From positions 248,001-312,000 of the forward strand of contig JBHGNT010000028.1 in the NCBI GenBank assembly GCA_043228905.1: 64,000 nucleotides of DNA. The letters run 5' to 3'. Under the pieces are notes generated by a model. That model worked only from the letters and a program-made list of their open reading frames with translations. It made no database searches and was not told where the DNA came from. The position numbers and the translations under genes are program-made. Position 1 is the first letter of the stretch. The number at the start of each line of letters is the position of its first letter. Shown here piece after piece: positions 28,401-43,300 of this stretch. This stretch comes from Azolla caroliniana (Eukaryota; Plantae; Polypodiophyta).

Positions 28401-31400
28401 CTTGATTTTTTAATTCCATATCGTAGCTAGCTTTGTTAGCTTCGATTCACATGTTTGAACACAAAAATCCGATATCACACGAGCCAGGTATGAACATTTT
28501 AATTTACTCCAGGGTTCCTCTCAACTCCCTCGTCAAGGTTGCTAATTTCGTCATGTCTCTCGACCTGAGTTTCAAAATCTTGATTTTTTAATTCCATATC
28601 ATAGCTAGCGTTGTTAGCTTCGATTCGCATGTTTGAACACAAAAAACCGATATCACACGAGCCAGGTATGAACATTTTAATTTACTCCAGGGTTCCTCTC
28701 AACTCCCTCGTCAAGGTTGCTAATTTCGTCATGTCTCTCGACCTGAGTTTCAAAATCTTGATTTTTTAATTCCATATCATAGCTAGCGTTGTTAGCTTCG
28801 ATTCGCATGTTTGAACACAAAAATCCGATATCACACTCGCCAGATATGAACATTTTAATTTACCTAGCAGCTCTTCCCAACTCACTCCTTAAATTTGCTA
28901 ATTTCGTCATGTCTCTCGACCTGAGTTTCAAAATCTTGATTTTTTAATTCCATATCATAGCTAGCGTTGTTAGCTTCGATTCGCATGTTTGAACACAAAA
29001 ATCCGATATCACACGAGCCAGGTATGATCATTTTAATTTACCTACTAGCTCTTCCCAACTCACTCCTCAAATTTGCTAATTTCGTCATGTCTCTCGACGT
29101 GAGTTTCAAAATCTTGATTTTTTAATTGCATATCATAGCTAGCGTTGTTAGCTTCGATTCGCATGTTTGAACACAAAAGTCCGATATCACACTCGCCAGT
29201 TATGAACATTTTAATTTACCTAGTAGCTCTTCCCAACTCACTCCTCAAATTTGGGAATTTCGTCATGTCTCTCGACCTGAGTTTCAAAATCTTGATTTTT
29301 TAATTCCATATCATAGCTAGCGTTGTTAGCTTCGATTCGCATGTTTGAACACAAAAATCCGATATCCCACTCGCCAGATATGAACATTTTAATTTACCTA
29401 CTAGCTCTTCCCAACTCACTCCTCAAATTTGGGAATTTCGTCATGTCTCTCGACCTGAGTTTCAAAATCTTGATTTTTTAATTCCATATCATAGCTAACG
29501 TTGTTAGCTTCGATTCACATGATTGAACACAAAAATCCGATATCACACTCGCCAGTTATGAACATTTTAATTTACCTACTAGCTCTTCCCAACTCCCTCC
29601 TCATGTTGCTAATTTTGTCATATCTCTCGACCTGAGTTTCAAAATCTTGATTTTTTAATTCCATATCCTAGCTAGCGTTGTTAGCTTCGATTCGCATGTT
29701 TGAACACAAAAATCCGATATCCCACTCGCCAGATATGAACATTTTAATTTACCTACTAGCTCTTCCCAACTCACTCCTCAAATTTGCTAATTTCGTCATG
29801 TCTCTCGACCTGAGTTTCAAAATCTTGATTCTTTAATTCCATATCATAGCTAGCGTTGTTAGCTTCGATTCGCATGTTTGAACACAAAAATCCGATATCA
29901 CACTCGCCAGTTATGAACATTTTAATTTACCTAGTAGCTCTTCCCAACTCCCTCGTCAAGGTTGCTAATTTCGTCATGTCTCTCGACCTGAGTTTCAAAA
30001 TCTTGATTTTTTAATTGCATATCATAGCTAGCGTTGTTAGCTTCGATTCGCATGTTTGAACACAAAAATCCGATATCACACTCGCCAGATATGAACATTT
30101 TAATTTACCTACTAGCTCTTCCCAACTCACTCCTCAAATTTGGGAATTTCGTCATGTCTCTCGACCTGAGTTTCAAAATCTTGATTTTTTAATTCGAGAT
30201 CATAGCTAGCATTGTTAGCTTCGATTCGCATGTTTGAACACAAAAATCCGATATCACACTCGCCAGATATGAACATTTTAATTTACCTACTAGCTCTTCC
30301 CAACTCACTCCTCAAATTTGCTAATTTCGTCATGTCTCTCGACATGAGTTTCAAAATCTTGATTTTTTAATTCCATATCATAGCTAGCGTTGTTAGCTTC
30401 GATTCGCATGTTTGAACACAAAAATCCGATATCACACTCGCCAGTTATGAACATTTTAATTTACCTAGTAGCTCTTCCCAACTCCCTCCTAATGTTGCTA
30501 ATTTCGTCATGTCTCTCGACCTGAGTTTCAAAATCTTGATTTTTTAATTGCATATCATAGCTAGCGTTGTTAGCTTCGATTCGCATGTTTGAACACAAAA
30601 ATCCGATATCACACGAGCCAGGTATGAACATTTTAATTTACTCCAGGGTTCCTCTCAACTCCCTCGTCAAGGTTGCTAATTTCGTCATGTCTCTCGACCT
30701 GAGTTTCAAAATCTTGATTTTTTAATTCCATATCATAGCTAGCGTTGTTAGCTTCGATTCGCATGTTTGAACACAAAAATCCGATATCACACTCGCCAGA
30801 TATGAACATTTTAATTTACCTAGCAGCTCTTCCCAACTCACTCCTTAAATTTGCTAATTTCGTCATGTCTCTCGACCTGAGTTTCAAAATCTTGATTTTT
30901 TAATTCCATATCATAGCTAGCGTTGTTAGCTTCGATTCGCATGTTTGAACACAAAAATCCGATATCACACGAGCCAGGTATGATCATTTTAATTTACCTA
31001 CTAGCTCTTCCCAACTCACTCCTCAAATTTGCTAATTTCGTCATGTCTCTCGACGTGAGTTTCAAAATCTTGATTTTTTAATTGCATATCATAGCTAGCG
31101 TTGTTAGCTTCGATTCGCATGTTTGAACACAAAAGTCCGATATCACACTCGCCAGTTATGAACATTTTAATTTACCTAGTAGCTCTTCCCAACTCCCTCC
31201 TAATGTTGCTAATTTCGTCATGTCTCTCGACCTGAGTTTCAAAATCTTGATTTTTTAATTGCATATCATAGCTAGCGTTGTTAGCTTCGATTCGCATGTT
31301 TGAACACAAAAATCCGATATCACACTCGCCAGATATGAACATTTTAATTTACCTACTAGCTCTTCCCAACTCACTCCTCAAATTTGCTAATTTCGTCATG

Positions 31401-33790
31401 TCTCTCGACCTGAGTTTCAAAATCTTGATTCTTTAATTCCATATCATAGCTAGCGTTGTTAGCTTCGATTCGCATGTTTGAACACAAAAATCCGATATCC
31501 CACTCGCCAGATATGAACATTTTAATTTACCTACTAGCTCTTCCCAACTCACTCCTCAAATTTGCTAATTTCGTCATGTCTCTCGACCTGAGTTTCAAAA
31601 TCTTGATTCTTTAATTCCATATCATAGCTAGCGTTGTTAGCTTCGATTCGCATGTTTGAACACAAAAATCCGATATCACACTCGCCAGTTATGAACATTT
31701 TAATTTACCTAGTAGCTCTTCCCAACTCCCTCGTCAAGGTTGCTAATTTCGTCATGTCTCTCGACCTGAGTTTCAAAATCTTGATTTTTTAATTGCATAT
31801 CATAGCTAGCGTTATTAGCTTCGATTCGCATGTTTGAACACAAAAATCCGATATCACACTCGCCAGATATGAACATTTTAATTTACCTACTAGCTCTTCC
31901 CAACTCACTCCTCAAATTTGGGAATTTCGTCATGTCTCTCGACCTGAGTTTCAAAATCTTGATTTTTTAATTCGAGATCATAGCTAGCATTGTTAGCTTC
32001 GATTCGCATGTTTGAACACAAAAATCCGATATCACACTCGCCAGATATGAACATTTTAATTTACCTACTAGCTCTTCCCAACTCACTCCTCAAATTTGCT
32101 AATTTCGTCATGTCTCTCGACATGAGTTTCAAAATCTTGATTTTTTAATTCCATATCATAGCTAGCGTTGTTAGCTTCGATTCGCATGTTTGAACACAAA
32201 AATCCGATATCACACTCGCCAGTTATGAACATTTTAATTTACCTAGTAGCTCTTCCCAACTCCCTCCTAATGTTGCTATTTTCGTCATGTCTCTCGACCT
32301 GAGTTTCAAAATCTTGATTTTTTAATTCGAGATCATAGCTAGCATTGTTAGCTTCGATTCGCATGTTTGAACACAAAAATCCGATATCACACGAGCCAGG
32401 TATGAACATTTTAATTTACTCCAGGGTTCTTCCCAACTCACTCCTCAAATTTGCTAATTTCGTCATGTCTCTCGACCTGAGTTTCAAAATCTTGATTCTT
32501 TAATTCGATATCATAGCTAGCGTTGTTAGCTTCGATTCGCATGTTTGAACACAAAAATCCGATATCACACTCGCCAGATATGAACATTTTAATTTACCTA
32601 CTAGCTCTTCCCAACTCACTCCTCAAATTTGGGAATTTCGTCATGTCTCTCGACCTGAGTTTCAAAATCTTGATTTTTTAATTCCATATCGTAGCTAGCG
32701 TTGTTAGCTTCGATTCACATGTTTGAACACAAAAATCCGATATCACACGAGCCAGGTATGATCATTTTAATTTATTCAAGGGCTCTTCTCAACTCCCTCG
32801 TCAAGGTTGCTAATTTCTTCATGTCTCTCGACCTGAGTTTCAAAATCTTGATTTTTTAATTCCATATCATAGCTAGCGTTGTTAGCTTCGATTCGCATGT
32901 TTGAACACAAAAATCCGATATCACACTCGCCAGTTATGAACATTTTAATTTACCTACTAGCTCTTCCCAACTCCCTCCTCATGTTGCTAATTTTGTCATG
33001 TCTCTCGACCTGAGTTTCAAAAGTCTTGATTTTTTAATTCCATATCCTAGCTAGCGTTGTTAGCTTCGATTCGCATGTTTGAACACAAAAATCCGATATC
33101 CCACTCGCCAGATATGAACATTTTAATTTACCTACTAGCTCTTCCCAACTCACTCCTCAAATTTGCTAATTTCGTCATGTCTCTCGACCTGAGTTTCAAA
33201 ATCTTGATTCTTTAATTCCATATCATAGCTAGCGTTGTTAGCTTCGATTCGCATGTTTGAACACAAAAATCCGATATCACACTCGCCAGATATGAACATT
33301 TTAATTTACCTACTAGCTCTTCCCAACTCACTCCTCAAATTTGCTAATTTCGTCATGTCTCTTGACATGAGTTTCAAAATCTTGATTTTTTAATTCCATT
33401 TTATAGCTCGCGTTGTTAGCTTCGATTCGCATGTTTGAACACAAAAATCCGATATCACACTCGCCAGATATGAACATTTTAATTTACCTACTAGCTCTTC
33501 CCAACTCACTCCTCAAATTTGGGAATTTCGTCATGTCTCTCGACCTGAGTTTCAAAATCTTGATTTTTTAATTCCATATCGTAACTAGCGTTGTTAGCTT
33601 CGATTTACATGTTTGAACACAAAAATCCGATATCACACGAGCCAGGTATGATCATTTTAATTTACTCAAGGGCTCTTCTCAACTCCCTCGTCAGCGTTGC
33701 TAATTTCGTCATGTTTGAATCTTGACTTTTTAATTCAAAATCTTGAACACTCCAGGGTTCCTCTCAACTCCCTCGTCAAGGTTGCTAATT
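25450..33790. repeat. Dispersed duplicate pair of about 2.3-2.4 kb (25450-27840 and 31400-33790), offset 5954 bp
   Basis: Rare variants AGCGTTATTAGC (25860/31814), GCTATTTTCG (26321/32275), a chimeric monomer and the 85-bp unit (27745/33699) all share the 5954 offset. Confidence 0.8.
27745..27829. repeat. Truncated and rearranged 85-bp monomer, first of 8 copies (27745, 33699, 37342, 39738, 41957, 44354, 46574, 48794)
   Basis: Consecutive GCTAATTTCG anchors are 85 bp apart instead of 178, with the novel junction CATGTTTGAATCTTGACTTTTTAATTCAAAATCTTGAACACTCCAGGG. Confidence 0.95.
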
Positions 33791-36700
33791 TCGTCATGTC
33801 TCTCGACCTGAGTTTCAAAATCTTGATTTTTTAATTCCATATCGTAGCTAGCGTTGTTAGCTTCGATTCGCATGTTTGAACACAAAAATCCGATATCACA
33901 CTCGCCAGATATGAACATTTTAATTTACCTAGCAGCTCTTCCCAACTCACTCCTTAAATTTGCTAATTTCGTCATGTCTCTCGACCTGAGTTTCAAAATC
34001 TTGATTTTTTAATTCCATATCATAGCTAGCGTTGTTAGCTTCGATTCGCATGTTTGAACACAAAAATCCGATATCACACGAGCCAGGTATGATCATTTTA
34101 ATTTACCTACTAGCTCTTCCCAACTCACTCCTCAAATTTGCTAATTTCGTCATGTCTCTCGACGTGAGTTTCAAAATCTTGATTTTTTAATTGCATATCA
34201 TAGCTAGCGTTGTTAGCTTCGATTCGCATGTTTGAACACAAAAATCCGATATCACACTCGCCAGTTATGAACATTTTAATTTACCTACTAGCTCTTCCCA
34301 ACTCCCTCCTCATGTTGCTAATTTCGTCATGTCTCTCGACCTGAGTTTCAAAATCTTGATTTTTTAATTCCATATCGTAGCTAGCTTTGTTAGCTTCGAT
34401 TCACATGTTTGAACACAAAAATCCGATATCACACGAGCCAGGTATGAACATTTTAATTTACTCCAGGGTTCCTCTCAACTCCCTCGTCAAGGTTGCTAAT
34501 TTCGTCATGTCTCTCGACGTGAGTTTCAAAATCTTGATTTTTTAATTCCATATCATAGCTAGCGTTGTTAGCTTCGATTCGCATGTTTGAACACAAAAAT
34601 CCGATATCACACGAGCCAGGTATGAACATTTTAATTTACTCCAGGGTTCCTCTCAACTCCCTCGTCAAGGTTGCTAATTTCGTCATGTCTCTCGACCTGA
34701 GTTTCAAAATCTTGATTTTTTAATTCCATATCATAGCTAGCGTTGTTAGCTTCGATTCGCATGTTTGAACACAAAAATCCGATATCACACTCGCCAGATA
34801 TGAACATTTTAATTTACCTAGCAGCTCTTCCCAACTCACTCCTTAAATTTGCTAATTTCGTCATGTCTCTCGACCTGAGTTTCAAAATCTTGATTTTTTA
34901 ATTCCATATCATAGCTAGCGTTGTTAGCTTCGATTCGCATGTTTGAACACAAAAATCCGATATCACACGAGCCAGGTATGATCATTTTAATTTACCTACT
35001 AGCTCTTCCCAACTCACTCCTCAAATTTGCTAATTTCGTCATGTCTCTCGACGTGAGTTTCAAAATCTTGATTTTTTAATTGCATATCATAGCTAGCGTT
35101 GTTAGCTTCGATTCGCATGTTTGAACACAAAAATCCGATATCACACTCGCCAGATATGAACATTTTAATTTACCTACTAGCTCTTCCCAACTCACTCCTC
35201 AAATTTGGGAATTTCGTCATGTCTCTCGACCTGAGTTTCAAAATCTTGATTTTTTAATTCCATATCGTAGCTAGCGTTGTTAGCTTCGATTCACATGTTT
35301 GAACACAAAAATCCGATATCACACGAGCCAGGTATGATCATTTTAATTTATTCAAGGGCGCGTCTCAACTCCCTCGTCAAGGTTGCTAATTTCTTCATGT
35401 CTCTCGACCTGAGTTTCAAAATCTTGATTTTTTAATTCCATATCATAGCTAGCGTTGTTAGCTTCGATTCGCATGTTTGAACACAAAAATCCGATATCAC
35501 ACTCGCCAGTTATGAACATTTTAATTTACCTACTAGCTCTTCCCAACTCCCTCCTCATGTTGCTAATTTTGTCATGTCTCTCGACCTGAGTTTCAAAATC
35601 TTGATTTTTTAATTGCATATCATAGCTAGCGTTGTTAGCTTCGATTCGCATGTTTGAACACAAAAATCCGATATCACACTCGCCAGATATGAACATTTTA
35701 ATTTACCTACTAGCTCTTCCCAACTCACTCCTCAAATTTGGGAATTTCGTCATGTCTCTCGACCTGAGTTTCAAAATCTTGATTTTTTAATTCCATATCG
35801 TAGCTAGCGTTGTTAGCTTCGATTCGCATGTTTGAACACAAAAATCCGATATCACACTCGCCAGATATGAACATTTTAATTTACCTAGCAGCTCTTCCCA
35901 ACTCACTCCTTAAATTTGCTAATTTCGTCATGTCTCTCGACCTGAGTTTCAAAATCTTGATTTTTTAATTCCATATCATAGCTAGCGTTGTTAGCTTCGA
36001 TTCGCATGTTTGAACACAAAAATCCGATATCACACGAGCCAGGTATGATCATTTTAATTTACCTACTAGCTCTTCCCAACTCACTCCTCAAATTTGCTAA
36101 TTTCGTCATGTCTCTCGACGTGAGTTTCAAAATCTTGATTTTTTAATTGCATATCATAGCTAGCGTTGTTAGCTTCGATTCGCATGTTTGAACACAAAAA
36201 TCCGATATCACACTCGCCAGATATGAACATTTTAATTTACCTACTAGCTCTTCCCAACTCACTCCTCAAATTTGGGAATTTCGTCATGTCTCTCGACCTG
36301 AGTTTCAAAATCTTGAATTTTTAATTCCATATCGTAGCTAGCGTTGTTAGCTTCGATTCACATGTTTGAACACAAAAATCCGATATCACACGAGCCAGGT
36401 ATGATCATTTTAATTTATTCAAGGGCTCTTCTCAACTCCCTCGTCAAGGTTGCTAATTTCTTCATGTCTCTCGACCTGAGTTTCAAAATCTTGATTTTTT
36501 AATTCCATATCATAGCTAGCGTTGTTAGCTTCGATTCGCATGTTTGAACACAAAAATCCGATATCACACTCGCCAGTTATGAACATTTTAATTTACCTAC
36601 TAGCTCTTCCCAACTCCCTCCTCATGTTGCTAATTTTGTCATGTCTCTCGACCTGAGTTTCAAAAGTCTTGATTTTTTAATTCCATATCCTAGCTAGCGT

Positions 36701-37341
36701 TGTTAGCTTCGATTCGCATGTTTGAACACAAAAATCCGATATCCCACTCGCCAGATATCAACATTTTAATTTACCTACTAGCTCTTCCCAACTCACTCCT
36801 CAAATTTGCTAATTTCGTCATGTCTCTCGACCTGAGTTTCAAAATCTTGATTCTTTAATTCGATATCATAGCTAGCGTTGTTAGCTTCGATTCGCATGTT
36901 TGAACACAAAAATCCGATATCACACTCGCCAGATATGAACATTTTAATTTACCTACTAGCTCTTCCCAACTCACTCCTCAAATTTGCTAATTTCGTCATG
37001 TCTCTTGACATGAGTTTCAAAATCTTGATTTTTTAATTCCATTTTATAGCTCGCGTTGTTAGCTTCGATTCGCATGTTTGAACACAAAAATCCGATATCA
37101 CACTCGCCAGATATGAACATTTTAATTTACCTACTAGCTCTTCCCAACTCACTCCTCAAATTTGGGAATTTCGCCATGTCTCTCGACCTGAGTTTCAAAA
37201 TCTTGATTTTTTAATTCCATATCGTAACTAGCGTTGTTAGCTTCGATTTACATGTTTGAACACAAAAATCCGATATCACACGAGCCAGGTATGATCATTT
37301 TAATTTACTCAAGGGCTCTTCTCAACTCCCTCGTCAGCGTT

Positions 37342-40300
37342 GCTAATTTCGTCATGTTTGAATCTTGACTTTTTAATTCAAAATCTTGAACACTCCAGGG
37401 TTCCTCTCAACTCCCTCGTCAAAGTTGCTAATTTCGTGATGTCTCTCGACCTGAGATTCAAAATCTTGAGTTTTTAATTCCATATCATAGCTAGCGTTGT
37501 TAGCTTCGATTCGCATGTTTGAACACAAAAATCCGATATCACACTCGCCAGATATGAACATTTTAATTTACTCAAGGGCTCCTCTCAACTCCCTCCTCAT
37601 GTTTGCTAATATCGTCAGGTCTCTCGACCTGAGTTTCAAAATCTTGATTTTTTAATTCCATATCATAGCTAGCGTTGTTAGCTTCGATTGGAATGTTTGA
37701 ACACAAAAATCCGATATCACACGAGCCAGGTATGAACATTTTAATTTACCTATTACCTCTTCTAAACTCACTCCTCAAATTTGGTAATTTTGGCATGTCT
37801 CTCGACCTGAGTTTCAAAATCTTGATTTTTTAATACCATATCATAGCTAGCGTTGTTAGCTTCGATTCGCATGTTTGAACACAAAAATCCGATATCACAC
37901 TCGCCAGTTATGAACATTTTAATTTACCTACTAGCTCTTCCCAACTCCCTCCTCATGTTGCTAATTTCGTCATGTCTCTCGACCTGAGTTTCAAAATCTT
38001 GATTTTTTAATTCCATATCGTAGCTAGCTTTGTTAGCTTCGATTCACATGTTTGAACACAAAAATCCGATATCACACGAGCCAGGTATGAACATTTTAAT
38101 TTACTCCAGGGTTCCTCTCAACTCCCTCGTCAAGGTTGCTAATTTCGTCATGTCTCTCGACCTGAGTTTCAAAATCTTGATTTTTTAATTCCATATCATA
38201 GCTAGCGTTGTTAGCTTCGATTCGCATGTTTGAACACAAAAAACCGATATCACACGAGCCAGGTATGAACATTTTAATTTACTCCAGGGTTCCTCTCAAC
38301 TCCCTCGTCAAGGTTGCTAATTTCGTCATGTCTCTCGACCTGAGTTTCAAAATCTTGATTTTTTAATTCCATATCATAGCTAGCGTTGTTAGCTTCGATT
38401 CGCATGTTTGAACACAAAAATCCGATATCACACTCGCCAGATATGAACATTTTAATTTACCTAGCAGCTCTTCCCAACTCACTCCTTAAATTTGCTAATT
38501 TCGTCATGTCTCTCGACCTGAGTTTCAAAATCTTGATTTTTTAATTCCATATCATAGCTAGCGTTGTTAGCTTCGATTCGCATGTTTGAACACAAAAATC
38601 CGATATCACACGAGCCAGGTATGATCATTTTAATTTACCTACTAGCTCTTCCCAACTCACTCCTCAAATTTGCTAATTTCGTCATGTCTCTCGACGTGAG
38701 TTTCAAAATCTTGATTTTTTAATTGCATATCATAGCTAGCGTTGTTAGCTTCGATTCGCATGTTTGAACACAAAAGTCCGATATCACACTCGCCAGTTAT
38801 GAACATTTTAATTTACCTAGTAGCTCTTCCCAACTCCCTCCTAATGTTGCTAATTTCGTCATGTCTCTCGACCTGAGTTTCAAAATCTTGATTTTTTAAT
38901 TGCATATCATAGCTAGCGTTGTTAGCTTCGATTCGCATGTTTGAACACAAAAATCCGATATCCCACTCGCCAGATATGAACATTTTAATTTACCTACTAG
39001 CTCTTCCCAACTCACTCCTCAAATTTGCTAATTTCGTCATGTCTCTCGACCTGAGTTTCAAAATCTTGATTCTTTAATTCCATATCATAGCTAGCGTTGT
39101 TAGCTTCGATTCGCATGTTTGAACACAAAAATCCGATATCACACTCGCCAGTTATGAACATTTTAATTTACCTAGTAGCTCTTCCCAACTCCCTCCTAAT
39201 GTTGCTAATTTCGTCATGTCTCTTGACATGAGTTTCAAAATCTTGATTTTTTAATTCCATTTTATAGCTCGCGTTGTTAGCTTCGATTCGCATGTTTGAA
39301 CACAAAAATCCGATATCACACTCGCCAGATATGAACATTTTAATTTACCTACTAGCTCTTCCCAACTCACTCCTCAAATTTGGGAATTTCGTCATGTCTC
39401 TCGACCTGAGTTTCAAAATCTTGATTTTTTAATTCCATATCTTAACTAGCGTTGTTAGCTTCGATTCGCATGTTTGAACACAAAAATCCGATATCACACT
39501 CGCCAGATATGAACATTTTAATTTACCTACTAGCTCTTCCCAACTCACTCCTCAAATTTGGGAATTTCGTCATGTCTCTCGACCTGAGTTTCAAAATCTT
39601 GATTTTTTAATTCCATATCGTAACTAGCGTTGTTAGCTTCGATTTACATGTTTGAACACAAAAATCCGATATCACACGAGCCAGGTATGATCATTTTAAT
39701 TTACTCAAGGGCTCTTCTCAACTCCCTCGTCAGCGTTGCTAATTTCGTCATGTTTGAATCTTGACTTTTTAATTCAAAATCTTGAACACTCCAGGGTTCC
39801 TCTCAACTCCCTCGTCAAAGTTGCTAATTTCGTGATGTCTCTCGACCTGAGATTCAAAATCTTGAGTTTTTAATTCCATATCATAGCTAGCGTTGTTAGC
39901 TTCGATTCGCATGTTTGAACACAAAAATCCGATATCACACTCGCCAGATATGAACATTTTAATTTACTCAAGGGCTCCTCTCAACTCCCTCCTCATGTTT
40001 GCTAATATCGTCAGGTCTCTCGACCTGAGTTTCAAAATCTTGATTTTTTAATTCCATATCATAGCTAGCGTTGTTAGCTTCGATTGGAATGTTTGAACAC
40101 AAAAATCCGATATCACACGAGCCAGGTATGAACATTTTAATTTACCTATTACCTCTTCTAAACTCACTCCTCAAATTTGGTAATTTTGGCATGTCTCTCG
40201 ACCTGAGTTTCAAAATCTTGATTTTTTAATACCATATCATAGCTAGCGTTGTTAGCTTCGATTCGCATGTTTGAACACAAAAATCCGATATCACACTCGC

Positions 40301-43300
40301 CAGTTATGAACATTTTAATTTACCTACTAGCTCTTCCCAACTCCCTCCTCATGTTGCTAATTTCGTCATGTCTCTCGACCTGAGTTTCAAAATCTTGATT
40401 TTTTAATTCCATATCGTAGCTAGCTTTGTTAGCTTCGATTCACATGTTTGAACACAAAAATCCGATATCACACGAGCCAGGTATGAACATTTTAATTTAC
40501 TCCAGGGTTCCTCTCAACTCCCTCGTCAAGGTTGCTAATTTCGTCATGTCTCTCGACCTGAGTTTCAAAATCTTGATTTTTTAATTCCATATCATAGCTA
40601 GCGTTGTTAGCTTCGATTCGCATGTTTGAACACAAAAAACCGATATCACACGAGCCAGGTATGAACATTTTAATTTACTCCAGGGTTCCTCTCAACTCCC
40701 TCGTCAAGGTTGCTAATTTCGTCATGTCTCTCGACCTGAGTTTCAAAATCTTGATTTTTTAATTCCATATCATAGCTAGCGTTGTTAGCTTCGATTCGCA
40801 TGTTTGAACACAAAAATCCGATATCACACTCGCCAGATATGAACATTTTAATTTACCTAGCAGCTCTTCCCAACTCACTCCTTAAATTTGCTAATTTCGT
40901 CATGTCTCTCGACCTGAGTTTCAAAATCTTGATTTTTTAATTCCATATCATAGCTAGCGTTGTTAGCTTCGATTCGCATGTTTGAACACAAAAATCCGAT
41001 ATCACACGAGCCAGGTATGATCATTTTAATTTACCTACTAGCTCTTCCCAACTCACTCCTCAAATTTGCTAATTTCGTCATGTCTCTCGACGTGAGTTTC
41101 AAAATCTTGATTTTTTAATTGCATATCATAGCTAGCGTTGTTAGCTTCGATTCGCATGTTTGAACACAAAAGTCCGATATCACACTCGCCAGTTATGAAC
41201 ATTTTAATTTACCTAGTAGCTCTTCCCAACTCCCTCCTAATGTTGCTAATTTCGTCATGTCTCTCGACCTGAGTTTCAAAATCTTGATTTTTTAATTGCA
41301 TATCATAGCTAGCGTTGTTAGCTTCGATTCGCATGTTTGAACACAAAAATCCGATATCCCACTCGCCAGATATGAACATTTTAATTTACCTACTAGCTCT
41401 TCCCAACTCACTCCTCAAATTTGCTAATTTCGTCATGTCTCTCGACCTGAGTTTCAAAATCTTGATTCTTTAATTCCATATCATAGCTAGCGTTGTTAGC
41501 TTCGATTCGCATGTTTGAACACAAAAATCCGATATCACACTCGCCAGATATGAACATTTTAATTTACCTACTAGCTCTTCCCAACTCACTCCTCAAATTT
41601 GCTAATTTCGTCATGTCTCTTGACATGAGTTTCAAAATCTTGATTTTTTAATTCCATTTTATAGCTCGCGTTGTTAGCTTCGATTCGCATGTTTGAACAC
41701 AAAAATCCGATATCACACTCGCCAGATATGAACATTTTAATTTACCTACTAGCTCTTCCCAACTCACTCCTCAAATTTGGGAATTTCGTCATGTCTCTCG
41801 ACCTGAGTTTCAAAATCTTGATTTTTTAATTCCATATCGTAACTAGCGTTGTTAGCTTCGATTTACATGTTTGAACACAAAAATCCGATATCACACGAGC
41901 CAGGTATGATCATTTTAATTTACTCAAGGGCTCTTCTCAACTCCCTCGTCAGCGTTGCTAATTTCGTCATGTTTGAATCTTGACTTTTTAATTCAAAATC
42001 TTGAACACTCCAGGGTTCCTCTCAACTCCCTCGTCAAGGTTGCTAATTTCGTGATGTCTCTCGACCTGAGATTCAAAATCTTGAGTTTTTAATTCCATAT
42101 CATAGCTAGCGTTGTTAGCTTCGATTCGCATGTTTGAACACAAAAATCCGATATCACACTCGCCAGATATGAACATTTTAATTTACTCAAGGGCTCCTCT
42201 CAACTCCCTCCTCATGTTTGCTAATATCGTCAGGTCTCTCGACCTGAGTTTCAAAATCTTGATTTTTTAATTCCATATCATAGCTAGCGTTGTTAGCTTC
42301 GATTGGAATGTTTGAACACAAAAATCCGATATCACACGAGCCAGGTATGAACATTTTAATTTACCTATTACCTCTTCTAAACTCACTCCTCAAATTTGGT
42401 AATTTTGGCATGTCTCTCGACCTGAGTTTCAAAATCTTGATTTTTTAATACCATATCATAGCTAGCGTTGTTAGCTTCGATTCGCATGTTTGAACACAAA
42501 AATCCCATATCACACTCGCCAGTTATGAACATTTTAATTTACCTACTAGCTCTTCCCAACTCCCTCCTCATGTTGCTAATTTCGTCATGTCTCTCGACCT
42601 GAGTTTCAAAATCTTGATTTTTTAATTCCATATCGTAGCTAGCTTTGTTAGCTTCGATTCACATGTTTGAACACAAAAATCCGATATCACACGAGCCAGG
42701 TATGAACATTTTAATTTACTCCAGGGTTCCTCTCAACTCCCTCGTCAAGGTTGCTAATTTCGTCATGTCTCTCGACCTGAGTTTCAAAATCTTGATTTTT
42801 TAATTGCATATCATAGCTAGCGTTGTTAGCTTCGATTCGCATGTTTGAACACAAAAATCCGATATCACACTCGCCAGATATGAACATTTTAATTTACCTA
42901 CTAGCTCTTCCCAACTCACTCCTCAAATTTGGGAATTTCGTCATGTCTCTCGACCTGAGTTTCAAAATCTTGATTTTTTAATTCCATATCGTAGCTAGCG
43001 TTGTTAGCTTCGATTCACATGTTTGAACACAAAAATCCGATATCACACGAGCCAGGTATGATCATTTTAATTTACTCAAGGGCTCTTCTCAACTCCCTCG
43101 TCAAGGTTGCTAATTTCTTCATGTCTCTCGACCTGAGTTTCAAAATCTTGATTTTTTAATTGCATATCATAGCTAGCGTTGTTAGCTTCGATTCGCATGT
43201 TTGAACACAAAAATCCGATATCCCACTCGCCAGATATGAACATTTTAATTTACCTACTAGCTCTTCCCAACTCACTCCTCAAATTTGCTAATTTCGTCAT

